A stretch of 48,467 nucleotides of DNA from an uncultured Bacilli bacterium (GCA_947629075.1 CANRCI010000001.1:1-48467), one strand, 5' to 3'. Shown: positions 7,249-16,787, counted from the stretch's first letter. Notes: generated by a model not told the origin, from the letters alone. A program made the numbers and translations.

Positions 7249-7502
7249 TTGTTAATCTTCTTTTTTGCTTCTTGATATAACGACATAGCTTTTTCATACA
7301 CTATTGGACGGACCTTTTCCTTGAATTCATCAAATATTTCTTGGGGATCACCTTTGTAGAGTACTTGCCAATAATTTTTTAAATAAATTAGAATTGTTCT
7401 CGTTTCTTCCTCAGTAAGTTCAACTCCCTGTTTTAAAGCAAATTTTTTAATAGTATATTCGTCCATATTATTTATAAAATCTCTAATTAATAATTCATAC
7501 AT
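7245..7502 (-). CDS. Small conserved hypothetical protein (85 aa)
   Basis: ORF track 7245..7634. The upstream 44 codons are Ile/Thr/Leu junk antisense to the PBP start, so ATG7502 (MYELLIRDF..) is the likely start. Confidence 0.5.
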   Translation of the reverse strand: MYELLIRDFINNMDEYTIKKFALKQGVELTEEETRTILIYLKNYWQVLYKGDPQEIFDEFKEKVRPIVYEKAMSLYQEAKKKINN

Positions 7503-7575
7503 TTTATCACCAATTAAATATATGTCGATATGAATAAATAATGACAAATAAGAAAGACTAATAGTGGTGATATTT

Positions 7576-9567
7576 ATGGTCAAGAGAGTTAATTTTATTA
7601 TGGTAGTTGTAATTGCAGCTTTTACTGTTATCATACTAAATCTTTTTTATTTAACGATGTTTAAAGGAAGTTATTATGAAGAAAAATTAGATGTGATGAC
7701 TGATAATGAAGTAGATGGATCATCGACTCCACGTGGTAGGATATATGACCGAAATATGAATTTATTGGTGGATAATAGGAGTATTCCCGTAATTTATTAT
7801 AAAAATGTCAATGATTTAAATACTTTTGAAGAGGCAAAATTAGCTTTAGAAATAACTGATCATATAGAAGTAGATGATAGACGTCTTACCGAAAGAAATA
7901 TCAAAGACTATATAATAGCTAGAGATGAAAATCAGTTAAACAATTTGATAACTAGTGATGAATGGTTACAATTAAAAAATCGGCGTATTACCGAAAATGA
8001 TGTTTATAACTTTAAATTAGAGAGAATTACTGATAAAGAAGTTGGGAAGTTGACCAGTAAAGAAAAAGAAGCTGCTTATATCTATTATCTTATGAAGAAA
8101 GGGTACTCCTATGAAGAAAAAGAGATCAAGAAAGATAATGTCGATGAAAAAGAGATTGCTTATATATCAGAAAACATCAGTAAACTAAATGGGTTCAATA
8201 TCAAATACGATTGGGAACGAGTTTATCTATATGGTGATACTTTTAAAACGATTTTAGGTAGTTTAGGAGATATTCCTAGTGAAGAGAAGGAAGAGTATTT
8301 AAAGAATGGTTATAGTTTAAACGATGTGGTTGGAACTAGTTTTATCGAGAAGGAATATGAGGATATTTTAAGGGGTACTAAAGAGAAATATGAAGTTACT
8401 AAAAATAATTTAGTTATGACTTCTAGTGGTAAAAGAGGAAAAGATATTGTTCTTACGATTGATATAAAACTTCAACAGGAGATAGATAAAATCTTGGAAG
8501 AGGAGTTGATAAAGGCTAAATACGAGAGCGCTACTGAATATTTAGATCATGCTTTTGTGGTAATTCAAGAACCGAATACAGGTGAGATTTTAGCGATGAG
8601 TTCTAAACAGGTGATTAAAAGTGGTGGTAAATATAAAGCTTATGACTACAGTAGTAATATTCCGACTGATGCGATGACGGTTGGTAGTGTTGTCAAAGGG
8701 GCGTCGATGCTTACAGCTTATAAAAATGGAGCGATTAAAATTGGTGAAGTTATGACGGATAGTTGTATTAAGATCTATTCTAAACCTCAGAAGTGTTCAT
8801 GGAGTAAGTTAGGAAGGATAAATGATTTAGATGCTTTAGCGTATTCCTCTAACATATATCAGTTTAAAGCAGCGATGAAGGTTGCTAATTTTAAATATAG
8901 TTACAATAAAAAATTCAATGTTACTAAAAATGATTTTGATATTTATCATCACACTTTTGAAGCTTTAGGTTTAGGAGTAAAAACGGGAATAGATCTACCT
9001 AGTGAAGCAGTGGGTAATAGAGGAACCAATTATTCCTCAGACCTATTTTTAAATTATGCCATTGGGCAATACGATACTTATACCGTCTTGCAACTTTCAC
9101 AATACATCAATACCATTGCTAGTAATGGTAAGAGGTATAAGCCCCATCTTTTAAAAAGTGTCTACGATAGTAGTGATGGTGAAGAACTGGGGAAAAAGTT
9201 ATACGATGTCGAACCAGTTGTTTTAAATGCTCTAGATATCGATTCTAAATATATAAAGAGGGTTCAAAAAGGTTTTAGAAGTGTTATGACTTATGGATTG
9301 GGTAAAAATTTTATGGGTGATGTCGATTCTCCTTGTGGTAAAACTGGTACTAGTGAATCTTTTTATGACAGTAATGGTGATGGAAAAGTTGATGTTCAAA
9401 CGGCTTCTAATGCTTTCGTCGGCTATGCCCCATATAAAAATCCCAAAATGTCAATTGCGGTCATGGTTCCCAATATCGTTAATAACGATACCAATGGAAG
9501 TGGTCGCAGCTATGTAAATAAAAGGATTACTAGAATGATTTCTGAGAAATTTTTTGAGTTATATTAA
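7576..9567 (+). CDS. Class B penicillin-binding protein (PBP2/SpoVD-type transpeptidase)
   Basis: N-terminal membrane anchor; SVVK (SxxK), SSN (SxN) and KTGT motifs in canonical order. Confidence 0.85.
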   Translation: MVKRVNFIMVVVIAAFTVIILNLFYLTMFKGSYYEEKLDVMTDNEVDGSSTPRGRIYDRNMNLLVDNRSIPVIYYKNVNDLNTFEEAKLALEITDHIEVDDRRLTERNIKDYIIARDENQLNNLITSDEWLQLKNRRITENDVYNFKLERITDKEVGKLTSKEKEAAYIYYLMKKGYSYEEKEIKKDNVDEKEIAYISENISKLNGFNIKYDWERVYLYGDTFKTILGSLGDIPSEEKEEYLKNGYSLNDVVGTSFIEKEYEDILRGTKEKYEVTKNNLVMTSSGKRGKDIVLTIDIKLQQEIDKILEEELIKAKYESATEYLDHAFVVIQEPNTGEILAMSSKQVIKSGGKYKAYDYSSNIPTDAMTVGSVVKGASMLTAYKNGAIKIGEVMTDSCIKIYSKPQKCSWSKLGRINDLDALAYSSNIYQFKAAMKVANFKYSYNKKFNVTKNDFDIYHHTFEALGLGVKTGIDLPSEAVGNRGTNYSSDLFLNYAIGQYDTYTVLQLSQYINTIASNGKRYKPHLLKSVYDSSDGEELGKKLYDVEPVVLNALDIDSKYIKRVQKGFRSVMTYGLGKNFMGDVDSPCGKTGTSESFYDSNGDGKVDVQTASNAFVGYAPYKNPKMSIAVMVPNIVNNDTNGSGRSYVNKRITRMISEKFFELY

Positions 9568-9650
9568 AATTTTTGGTGAATTAGATAAAAAGTCTTTGGC
9601 AAAAGGCTTTTTTTCTGATATAATACCAATAGAAAACGAGGAGGGATAGT

Positions 9651-9815
9651 ATGGCAAAGGTAGGAAATAGACAACTTAAGAGTTTAGTTTGCACTGTTTG
9701 TGGTGAAAAAAATTATCGTACTTCTAAGAATGTGAAGAATACAACTGAACGTCTTGAATTAAATAAATATTGTCCAAGATGTCAAAAACATACGCCTCAC
9801 AAAGAGGAAAAATAA
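9651..9815 (+). CDS. rpmG: 50S ribosomal protein L33 (not in the ORF track)
   Basis: 54-aa [57 protein letters not shown] with two CxxC pairs. GAGGAGGG SD upstream. Confidence 0.85.
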   Translation: MAKVGNRQLKSLVCTVCGEKNYRTSKNVKNTTERLELNKYCPRCQKHTPHKEEK

Positions 9816-9855
9816 TTAGAGTTTAATTTTATATATAGAAAGGAGGGGAAAACCT

Positions 9856-10419
9856 ATGGCTAATATAAATATTAATGATATTAAAAATGGTATGACTATT
9901 AAAATAGATAATAACCTTTTTACTATTTTAGAGTTCCAACACGTTAAACCAGGTAAAGGACCAGCTTTTGTAAGAGTAAAGATGAAGAACGTTAGAACTG
10001 GAGCTACAATTGACAATACGTTCAATGCTGGTATTAAAGTTGAAACAGCTAGAATCGATAAACGTGAAATGCAATATTTATATTCGATGAATGATACTTA
10101 TTACTTTATGAATATGGAAGATTATGATCAGATTGAATTATCTAAAGATGTATTAGGTAAAGCTGTTAATTATTTAAAAGAAAACCTAAGCGTAATGGTC
10201 ATGTCTTACGAGAATGAAATAGTAGGAATTAACCTTCCCGATAAAGTTGATTTAAAAGTAGTTGAAACTGAACCTGCAGTTAAGGGAAATACAACTAGTA
10301 GTGCGATGAAAGATGCAACTCTTGAAACTGGTTACGTTGTAAAAGTACCTATTTTTATAGGTGAAGGTGAGACAATTTTAATTTCAACTAGTGATGGAAA
10401 ATATGTATCACGTGCTTAA
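9856..10419 (+). CDS. efp: Elongation factor P
   Basis: Full-length EF-P pattern (FQHVKPGKGPAFVRVKMKN with the modified-Lys loop, 187 aa). Confidence 0.95.
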   Translation: MANININDIKNGMTIKIDNNLFTILEFQHVKPGKGPAFVRVKMKNVRTGATIDNTFNAGIKVETARIDKREMQYLYSMNDTYYFMNMEDYDQIELSKDVLGKAVNYLKENLSVMVMSYENEIVGINLPDKVDLKVVETEPAVKGNTTSSAMKDATLETGYVVKVPIFIGEGETILISTSDGKYVSRA

Positions 10420-10442
10420 ACACTTTATAAGTGTTTTTTTTT
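10418..10442 (+). terminator. Rho-independent terminator after efp
   Basis: AAACACTT / AAGTGTTT stem, 3-nt loop, long T tract. It overlaps the ORF-track start at 10431. Confidence 0.7.
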
Positions 10443-10490
10443 GAATATTTATTCTCTTCAGTCATACAATTTAATGAAAGAGGAGATATG

Positions 10491-11015
10491 ATGAATAAAC
10501 AGAATTTGTGGTTTCTTACTTTGTTTAGTTTAATATTAGTTCTCAGTGTCTATTACGTAACGATGCCCAATGACTTACTTTTAACTACTAATAGTAATTA
10601 TAATGATAGCGAAACTAAAAAAAGTTCTTCTGATAAAGAAGAAGAAGTAAGTGTCGTTGTAGAAGATGCCGAATTAATATCTTCGATGAAACTTAGTAAA
10701 GAAGAGGAAAGATTAAAACAAAAAAGTGATTATCAAAAAGTTTTAACTAATACTGAGGCAACTACTGATGAAAAGAATGAGGCCTTAGAAAAGATAAAAT
10801 CTTTAGATGAAGTGAAGGCTGAAGAAGAGAGTTTAGAAACTAAAATCAAAGATAAATTTAAATTGGATTGTTATGTAGAAAAAGAAGAGACTAATATCAA
10901 TAGTGTCTGTGTCAGTGATAAACATGACAATACTTTAGCGAATAACATAATGCGTCTCATTCAGGGTGAATATGATGATCATAAATATATAACTGTGAAA
11001 TTTGAAAAGAGCTAA
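10491..11015 (+). CDS. SpoIIIAH-like protein
   Basis: N-terminus MNKQNLWFLTLFSLILVLSVYYV matches the characteristic SpoIIIAH anchor. Acidic linker, then a C-terminal domain ending ..YITVKFEKS. Start is ATG10488 or ATG10491. Confidence 0.55.
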   Translation: MNKQNLWFLTLFSLILVLSVYYVTMPNDLLLTTNSNYNDSETKKSSSDKEEEVSVVVEDAELISSMKLSKEEERLKQKSDYQKVLTNTEATTDEKNEALEKIKSLDEVKAEEESLETKIKDKFKLDCYVEKEETNINSVCVSDKHDNTLANNIMRLIQGEYDDHKYITVKFEKS

Positions 11016-11075
11016 ATCTCTATGATTTTAAGTTCTTTTTTTTAGGTGTATACCCTCAACAACTACCTATAAAAA

Positions 11076-11084
11076 CATAAACTA
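11076..11084 (+). promoter_or_regulatory. Candidate sigma-K-type -10 element upstream of the gerE-like gene
   Basis: CATAAACTA fits CATAnnnTA. Several AC dinucleotides lie 15-18 nt upstream. Confidence 0.3.
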
Positions 11085-11120
11085 TTATGAGTTTATATAA
11101 AAGGTAAAGGAGGTAATACT

Positions 11121-11324
11121 ATCAAAAGGATACTTACTAATCGCGAGAAAGAAGTGTTTGAATTATTAGTTTTAAACAAGACGACTAAAGAGATTGCAGA
11201 AATATTAAATATTAGTGAAAAAACAGTTAGAAATCACATATCTAATACAATGCAAAAACTGGGAGTTAAAGGACGAGCTGGAGCAGTTGTTGAACTTCTT
11301 AAGCTAAATGAAATTTCTTTATAA
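11121..11324 (+). CDS. gerE: GerE/LuxR-family HTH regulator (not in the ORF track; apparent ATC start)
   Basis: IKRILTNREKEVFELLVLNKTTKEIAEILNISEKTVRNHISNTMQKLGVKGRAGAVVELLKLNEISL closely parallels GerE. AAAGGAGG lies 7 nt upstream of ATC11121. In-frame TGA at 11088, with no ATG/GTG/TTG in between. Confidence 0.7.
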   Translation: MKRILTNREKEVFELLVLNKTTKEIAEILNISEKTVRNHISNTMQKLGVKGRAGAVVELLKLNEISL

Positions 11325-11326
11325 TC

Positions 11327-11353
11327 ATAAATAGATTACAACTTTCATATTAT
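11327..11353 (+). promoter_or_regulatory. Candidate sigma-E-type promoter upstream of gerM
   Basis: ATA, 16-nt spacer, CATATTAT; loosely fits ATA-N16-18-CATACAnT. Confidence 0.25.
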
Positions 11354-11370
11354 TTTTTAGGTGATGAAGT

Positions 11371-12306
11371 TTGAAGAAAAAGATATATCGCAAGATAGCT
11401 ATAACTAGTATGACAGTTGTCATTTTATTACTTTTATATTTAATGCCGGGCGTAGTAGATAATAAAAAAGATGTCTTTAATGTTCAGTACCAGGACGATT
11501 TTAAGGAGGAAGATGTCTATTTTTTGAATAGTACTAATCTCTTAGTTAAAACTAGTATTCCAGTCTTTAGTGATAGTGATTTAGCTAGTAGAATTAAGTC
11601 GGTTATTGAGAGTTTGATTTCAGCATCTAGTGAGATAATACCTAATGGACTAAATCGCGTCATTCCTAAAAATACTAAGTTGATTGGTATTGAAGTAGAT
11701 GAGTCGATGGTCAATCTAAATTTTTCTAAAGAATTACTCAATAGTGATGAGGACATGTATTTAAAAATGGTGGAATCGATTGCTTATAGTGTTTTAGATT
11801 TTAAAGAGATTAATGGTGTTAGTATTTATGTCGAAGGTACTAATATAAGTGGACAATTACCAATAGAGGTACCTAGTGTTATCACTAGAGATTTTGGAAT
11901 AAATAAGGAATACGATATAAAGAGGAAAGATGGAGTTGTCAAATACGTAGTTTATTATTTAGAAGAAATTGGTGAGAGTAAATACTATGTCCCAATTACT
12001 AAGTATGTCAATGACGATCGAGAAAAGATTAAGATAATTATTGAAGATCTGTCTAGTAGTTATCTTTATCAATCTAATTTGATAAGTGTTTTGGATAAAA
12101 ATGTCGAGCTTACTAGTTATGAAATTAATGAAAAAGAGATGATTTTAAACTTCAACAACAGTGTCTTTTTAGATGATGGAGAAATTATCGAAGAGGTTGT
12201 TTATCCGATCTGTTATTCGGTTTTTGATAACTATGATGTCGACCGCGTTGTAATCCAAGTAAATGGTAAAGAAATTTATAAAAAAGACAAAAAAGATATT
12301 GAATAA
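11371..12306 (+). CDS. gerM: GerM-domain (germination/sporulation) lipoprotein-like protein
   Basis: N-terminal membrane anchor plus two GerMN-like halves (LNRVIPKNTKLIGIEVDESMVNLNFSKEL.. and ..MILNFNNSVF..VVIQVNGKE). TTG start after AGGTGA. Confidence 0.6.
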   Translation: MKKKIYRKIAITSMTVVILLLLYLMPGVVDNKKDVFNVQYQDDFKEEDVYFLNSTNLLVKTSIPVFSDSDLASRIKSVIESLISASSEIIPNGLNRVIPKNTKLIGIEVDESMVNLNFSKELLNSDEDMYLKMVESIAYSVLDFKEINGVSIYVEGTNISGQLPIEVPSVITRDFGINKEYDIKRKDGVVKYVVYYLEEIGESKYYVPITKYVNDDREKIKIIIEDLSSSYLYQSNLISVLDKNVELTSYEINEKEMILNFNNSVFLDDGEIIEEVVYPICYSVFDNYDVDRVVIQVNGKEIYKKDKKDIE

Positions 12307-12353
12307 AAGTGGATAATGTTGTATAATCTTTAATGTATTTTGGTTATACAACT

Positions 12354-12430
12354 GTCCTAGTAGCTCAGTTGGATAGAGCATCGCCCTTCTAAGGCGAGTG
12401 TCAGGGGTTCGAATCCCTTCTGGGACACCA
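12354..12430 (+). tRNA. tRNA-Arg (anticodon UCU), CCA encoded
   Basis: 77-nt cloverleaf folded by hand: acceptor GTCCTAG/CTGGGAC, D arm GCTC..GAGC, anticodon stem TCGCC/GGCGA with loop CTTCTAA, T arm AGGGG-TTCGAAT-CCCTT, discriminator A, CCA. Confidence 0.9.
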
Positions 12431-12440
12431 TATGATTCTG

Positions 12441-12465
12441 AAGTGACTTAAATAGTCACTTTTTT
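12441..12465 (+). terminator. Rho-independent terminator after the tRNA
   Basis: AAGTGACT / AGTCACTT stem, 5-nt loop, T tract. Confidence 0.7.
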
Positions 12466-12466
12466 G

Positions 12467-12495
12467 TTGGCAATAACTTTCAATATGTGTATAAT
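12467..12495 (+). promoter_or_regulatory. Sigma-A-type promoter
   Basis: TTGGCA, 17-nt spacer, TATAAT. Flanked by the inverted repeat GTTGGCAA (12466-12473) / TTGCCAAC (12509-12516). Confidence 0.5.
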
Positions 12496-12538
12496 AATTT
12501 GCGTGGCGTTGCCAACTATATTCGAGGAGTGAGAGTTT

Positions 12539-13279
12539 ATGGAAAAATTGGTTGTTCCTTTTATCAAGGATGATTGTATATATTTAGGAGAGTTAAAGTT
12601 TAAAAAAGAGAGAAACATAGAGGAAGAAGAGTTTAAAGATTTGGGTGTTACTGAACTTAATTTTGGTAAGAAATCTTTAAAGTGTCGCGTATCTAAAGAA
12701 GATGAGGGTTGTCACGATTTTAAAGAACTACAGAGTGGTTTTTGGTATAATGGTAGTTTTTTTGATGTTGATAGATCTGATGTTGAAGTTATTGATGTTG
12801 AAAAGTTTTACGACTATTTGAAAAAAACTGATTTAGATGGATATAGCCTTGTTTATTATGCATCTAGAGATATTAGTGATGAAGAAAAGAGTTCGCTTAG
12901 TGATTACGTTTTGAAATTGGAAGAAGAGTTTTTATTAACTAGTGGTGCCGACCTTGATCAGTTCATAAAGAGAAAGCTTTTAAATAGTAAATATCGCGAT
13001 GTAATTAGCAGTCTAGAACATTCCAAGTTGTTTGCTATCGACATTTCTGATCATAAGATCGAATTAGACCCTTTTATTAAAACGATTGGCTTTTTATCAT
13101 CTATCGATGTTACTAAACCTTATTATATGGAAAGTGTACTAGCTTTTGCTTTCCAAAACAGTAATGCAATAGAAGAGTTGGATAGTATTAATAGAATTGT
13201 TTACGGTGGTAAGACAACTGATATTGTCAAGTTTAAAGATGCTGAAGAAAAGAATAAACAAAAAATAAAAAAAGCCTAG
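12539..13279 (+). CDS. Hypothetical acidic protein
   Basis: 246-aa ORF with GAGGAG SD; no motif recognised. Confidence 0.5.
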   Translation: MEKLVVPFIKDDCIYLGELKFKKERNIEEEEFKDLGVTELNFGKKSLKCRVSKEDEGCHDFKELQSGFWYNGSFFDVDRSDVEVIDVEKFYDYLKKTDLDGYSLVYYASRDISDEEKSSLSDYVLKLEEEFLLTSGADLDQFIKRKLLNSKYRDVISSLEHSKLFAIDISDHKIELDPFIKTIGFLSSIDVTKPYYMESVLAFAFQNSNAIEELDSINRIVYGGKTTDIVKFKDAEEKNKQKIKKA

Positions 13280-13288
13280 GGCTTTTTT
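13266..13288. terminator. Bidirectional terminator between convergent genes
   Basis: AAAAAAGCC-tag-GGCTTTTTT: a symmetric hairpin flanked by A and T tracts. Confidence 0.6.
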
Positions 13289-14178
13289 TATATACCACTT
13301 AAATCGAAATCGGGAATGAAACTTTCTTCAGCCGCTTCTCCTTCTTGGATGAAAGCATTTTTAATTCCTATGTCCATAGCATATTCGACGATTTCATCGT
13401 ATTCTTCATCAGTTAGTCGGTTATTTAAATTTGTATATTTTTTAAATTGTCTAATCGGAGTATATTGACTCATGATACTTATGTAGATATCGTCGTGATA
13501 TGTAGAGTAGAGATAGTCTAGAATCTTTTTAACATCTTCTTTTAAGCCGGGTAAAACGAGTATTCTAACGATTATTCCTCTAGTCATTATCCCATCTTTA
13601 AATACTGGTTTTCCTACTTGTTCATACATTTTAGAAATAGCTTTCGTTGCTACTTCAAAATAATTCTTAGCATGGGAATATTTAATAGCGTATTCATCAC
13701 TATAGTATTTTAAATCAGCCAGATAAATGTCTACGATTCCATCTAACATGTCGATGGCTTGTTCTGTTTCATAACTACTGGTGTTATAGACAATGGGAAT
13801 AGTTAAGCCTTTTTTACGAGCTTTATTGATTCCTTTGATAATCGATGGTATGTAATGTGTCGGTGTTACTAAATTGATATTAGTAGCTTTTTTATTTTGT
13901 AGTTCTAAACAGATATCACTGAACTTATCAATTGTTATTTTTTTACCAAACCCTTGGGTTGATATCTTTCTATTTTGACAGAAGATGCATTTTAAGTTAC
14001 AGTGTGAAAAGAAAATAGTACCACTTCCGAATTCACCAGTTATCGGTGGTTCTTCCCACATGTGAAGAGACGCTCTGGCTATTTCGATATTGTTACTAGC
14101 ACCGCAGATACCACGTTTTTCATATCTGTTAACCTGACAATTTCGGTGACACAAATTACAACTTTTATAAATATTCAT
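13288..14178 (-). CDS. Radical SAM protein, PflX-like (COG1313-type)
   Basis: CNLKCIFCQN (CxxxCxxC) cluster motif plus the N-terminal CNLCHRNCQVNR..GICG cysteine motif. Confidence 0.75.
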   Translation of the reverse strand: MNIYKSCNLCHRNCQVNRYEKRGICGASNNIEIARASLHMWEEPPITGEFGSGTIFFSHCNLKCIFCQNRKISTQGFGKKITIDKFSDICLELQNKKATNINLVTPTHYIPSIIKGINKARKKGLTIPIVYNTSSYETEQAIDMLDGIVDIYLADLKYYSDEYAIKYSHAKNYFEVATKAISKMYEQVGKPVFKDGIMTRGIIVRILVLPGLKEDVKKILDYLYSTYHDDIYISIMSQYTPIRQFKKYTNLNNRLTDEEYDEIVEYAMDIGIKNAFIQEGEAAEESFIPDFDLSGI

Positions 14179-14288
14179 AAGCCCTCCTTTGGCTATATTA
14201 TAAGTCTTTAAGATAAATTTTTCACTATCTTTTTAATTTGACTACCACTTTTTTAAGTGATACTATTTAGATAGTGTAGGAGAACATT

Positions 14289-16787
14289 ATGAAAAAATTA
14301 AATCGAAATGATTATTTAAATATATTTATTTTAGTATTATTGTTGTTATGTTCATTAGTGATTTCCTTCGGTACTAAATATGGTTTTGGTTCAGTTATCG
14401 ATTGGAGTTGTCAGCATTATAAAATTCCCGAATATTTTAGAGAATTATTTTATAGTACCGGAAATTTGTTTCCCAACTTTGCTTTCAATCTTGGTGGTGG
14501 ACAGAACATCTATTTTTTATCTTATTATGGCCTTTTTAATCCGGTAATTATGTTTAGTTATCTATTGCCATTTGTAAGTATGCGAACTTATATAACTTTT
14601 AGTAGTATTGCTTTAGTAATCTTAAGTATATTTTTACTTTATAAATTTATAAATGATAAATATGACTCCAAGTTAGCCTTTTTAGGATCATTTATTTTTA
14701 TTTGTTCAGCTCCCATAGTTTTTCATCTTCAAAGACATATCATGTTCATAAATTATATGCCTTTTCTAATTATGGCTTTTATGGGAGTAGATGAGCACTT
14801 TAAGAATAGACACGATTTTCTTTTGATCATCAGTGTGACGTTGGTCATTTTATCTAGTTACTTTTTTAGTGTTTCAGCTTTAGTAGCTATTAGTATCTAT
14901 GCCGTTTTTTGTTATTTAAAATTTGAACGAGAAATCAACTTTAGAACTTTTTTTGTCAATGCTTTGGCATATTTAAAACCGATTGTAATTGCAATTATGA
15001 ACAGTGCAATTCTTTTAATTCCAACGTTTATTGCACTTTTATCAGGACGTAGTAAGACTAATAATGATACATCGATATTGAGTTTAATCATACCGGAGTT
15101 TAATACCGGTGATATATTGTACAAACCATATACCACTGGACTTTCAATGATATTGATATTTGCTATAATCTGGTTTGTCGTAAATAAGAAAAAAGAAAAT
15201 AAATTTTTAGGTATAACTAGTTTATTAATAGTTTTATTTCCAATTTTTATTTATCTGTTAAACGGATTTATGTATGTCGAAGGTAAGGTTTTAATTACTT
15301 TTTTACCTCTATTTATTTTAATGATTATCGAGTGTTTAAACGAGATGTTTAAGACCAAGGAGAAATTAGTTTTAAGTACTGGAATTTTTACGGCGGTCAG
15401 TTTGATTTACCTATTGGTCAATTTTAGAAGTATTAGTGATTATCTAATTTTATTCGATTGTCTATTTTTAATACTTAGTCTTTTAATTTTGATAATTTAT
15501 GATAAAAAGCAATATTTAATAATATCTATTGTTTTAGTATCGATTGGTACATTTTTAAATGCTAGTTTAACTAATAAATTAGTGGGTAGAGATGATTATT
15601 TATACGATTATGATGAAATTGTAGAATATATTGATAAGTTGAGTAGTGAAGACAATTTATTTCGCGTTAATTATTTGACTAAACATTTAGATTCATCTAA
15701 TAAGATTTATGGTAGTAATCATTTGACAAGTAGTATCTATTCATCGTTATCTAATAAGTATTATAAAGATTTTTATTATAATGAATTGTACAATGAAGTT
15801 ATGCACAGGACAACAGGACAGATGGGAAATACGGAAAATTTACTCTTCAATATCCTGATGTCCAATCGTTACATTTTAGCAGAAAACTTAGATAGTATTG
15901 CTTATGATAAAGTCGATGCAATAAAAACTGGTGATGGTAAGACGATAAACGTTTATGAAAATGATAATGTTTTACCGATTATCTATGCATCTAATAAGAT
16001 TATGTCCTATGACGATTACGAACGTTTAAATGATGTTGAAAAAACTCTAGCTAATTTAAATTATGTCGTCGTAAATGGTGATGAGAGTACGGATTATTCT
16101 TTTAATTATGGAAAAGTAAATTATGATAAGACTTATCAATCACCTGATAAGAAACATATCGTTTTAGAAAGCGATGACGATTTGGAGAATAAGATCGTTT
16201 TAATCAGTTTTAAACTCAACAGCAATAATTCTTGTAGGATTGGAGATAATGCGATAACGATTAATGGTATCTTTAATAAACTTAGTTGTAAGAGTTGGAA
16301 ATACCACAATAAAAACTATAATTTTAAGTATGTCATTGCTGGTCAAGATAACAGTAAACTAGATATTACACTAGGTGATGGCAATTACGACATTTCAGAT
16401 TTATCTTTTTATTGGTTAGACTATAGTGATATCGAAAAGTTAAATGACGATGTTACGGCCGTAAATATTTCTAAAACTCGTAACAATGGTGATATAATAG
16501 AAGGAGAAGTAAAAATAAGTGATTCTTCTTATATCAAGACTTCTATTCCATATGACAATGGCTTTAGGGTATATGTCGATGATGAAGAAGTACTTGCTGA
16601 AAGAGTCAATGAAGACTTTTTAGGATTTGAAATTAGTAAAGGGAGTCATCACATAAAAATAGTTTATACGGCTCCGGGAGAAAAAGTTGCTAAAATGATA
16701 ACTTTTATAGGAATAACTATTAGTTTTGTCAGTTTGTATTTAGAATTTGGAATGACTAAAGCTAAAAGAAAAATAAAATTTGAGTGA
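14289..16787 (+). CDS. YfhO-family polytopic membrane glycosyltransferase-like protein
   Basis: 832 aa: ~13 hydrophobic segments, then a large extracytoplasmic C-terminal domain and a final TM. Followed by a GtrA-family gene. Confidence 0.6.
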   Translation: MKKLNRNDYLNIFILVLLLLCSLVISFGTKYGFGSVIDWSCQHYKIPEYFRELFYSTGNLFPNFAFNLGGGQNIYFLSYYGLFNPVIMFSYLLPFVSMRTYITFSSIALVILSIFLLYKFINDKYDSKLAFLGSFIFICSAPIVFHLQRHIMFINYMPFLIMAFMGVDEHFKNRHDFLLIISVTLVILSSYFFSVSALVAISIYAVFCYLKFEREINFRTFFVNALAYLKPIVIAIMNSAILLIPTFIALLSGRSKTNNDTSILSLIIPEFNTGDILYKPYTTGLSMILIFAIIWFVVNKKKENKFLGITSLLIVLFPIFIYLLNGFMYVEGKVLITFLPLFILMIIECLNEMFKTKEKLVLSTGIFTAVSLIYLLVNFRSISDYLILFDCLFLILSLLILIIYDKKQYLIISIVLVSIGTFLNASLTNKLVGRDDYLYDYDEIVEYIDKLSSEDNLFRVNYLTKHLDSSNKIYGSNHLTSSIYSSLSNKYYKDFYYNELYNEVMHRTTGQMGNTENLLFNILMSNRYILAENLDSIAYDKVDAIKTGDGKTINVYENDNVLPIIYASNKIMSYDDYERLNDVEKTLANLNYVVVNGDESTDYSFNYGKVNYDKTYQSPDKKHIVLESDDDLENKIVLISFKLNSNNSCRIGDNAITINGIFNKLSCKSWKYHNKNYNFKYVIAGQDNSKLDITLGDGNYDISDLSFYWLDYSDIEKLNDDVTAVNISKTRNNGDIIEGEVKISDSSYIKTSIPYDNGFRVYVDDEEVLAERVNEDFLGFEISKGSHHIKIVYTAPGEKVAKMITFIGITISFVSLYLEFGMTKAKRKIKFE

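Noticed and set aside
7503-7634. Long form (129 aa) of the minus-strand ORF 7245..7634.
   Set aside because: The extra 44 codons (MITVKAAITTTIIKLTLL..) are antisense to the start of the PBP gene and cross the divergent promoter region. ATG7502 gives a compact, plausible protein.
9293-9517. 74-aa + strand ORF in an alternative frame inside the PBP gene, and similarly 20529-20744 inside prkC.
   Set aside because: They are fully nested in strongly supported genes that carry conserved catalytic motifs in the other frame. They have no SD and odd composition.
12354-14178. tRNA-Arg as a possible integration site for a genomic island.
   Set aside because: No integrase, no direct repeat of the tRNA 3' end, and only two ordinary genes follow before core genes resume.
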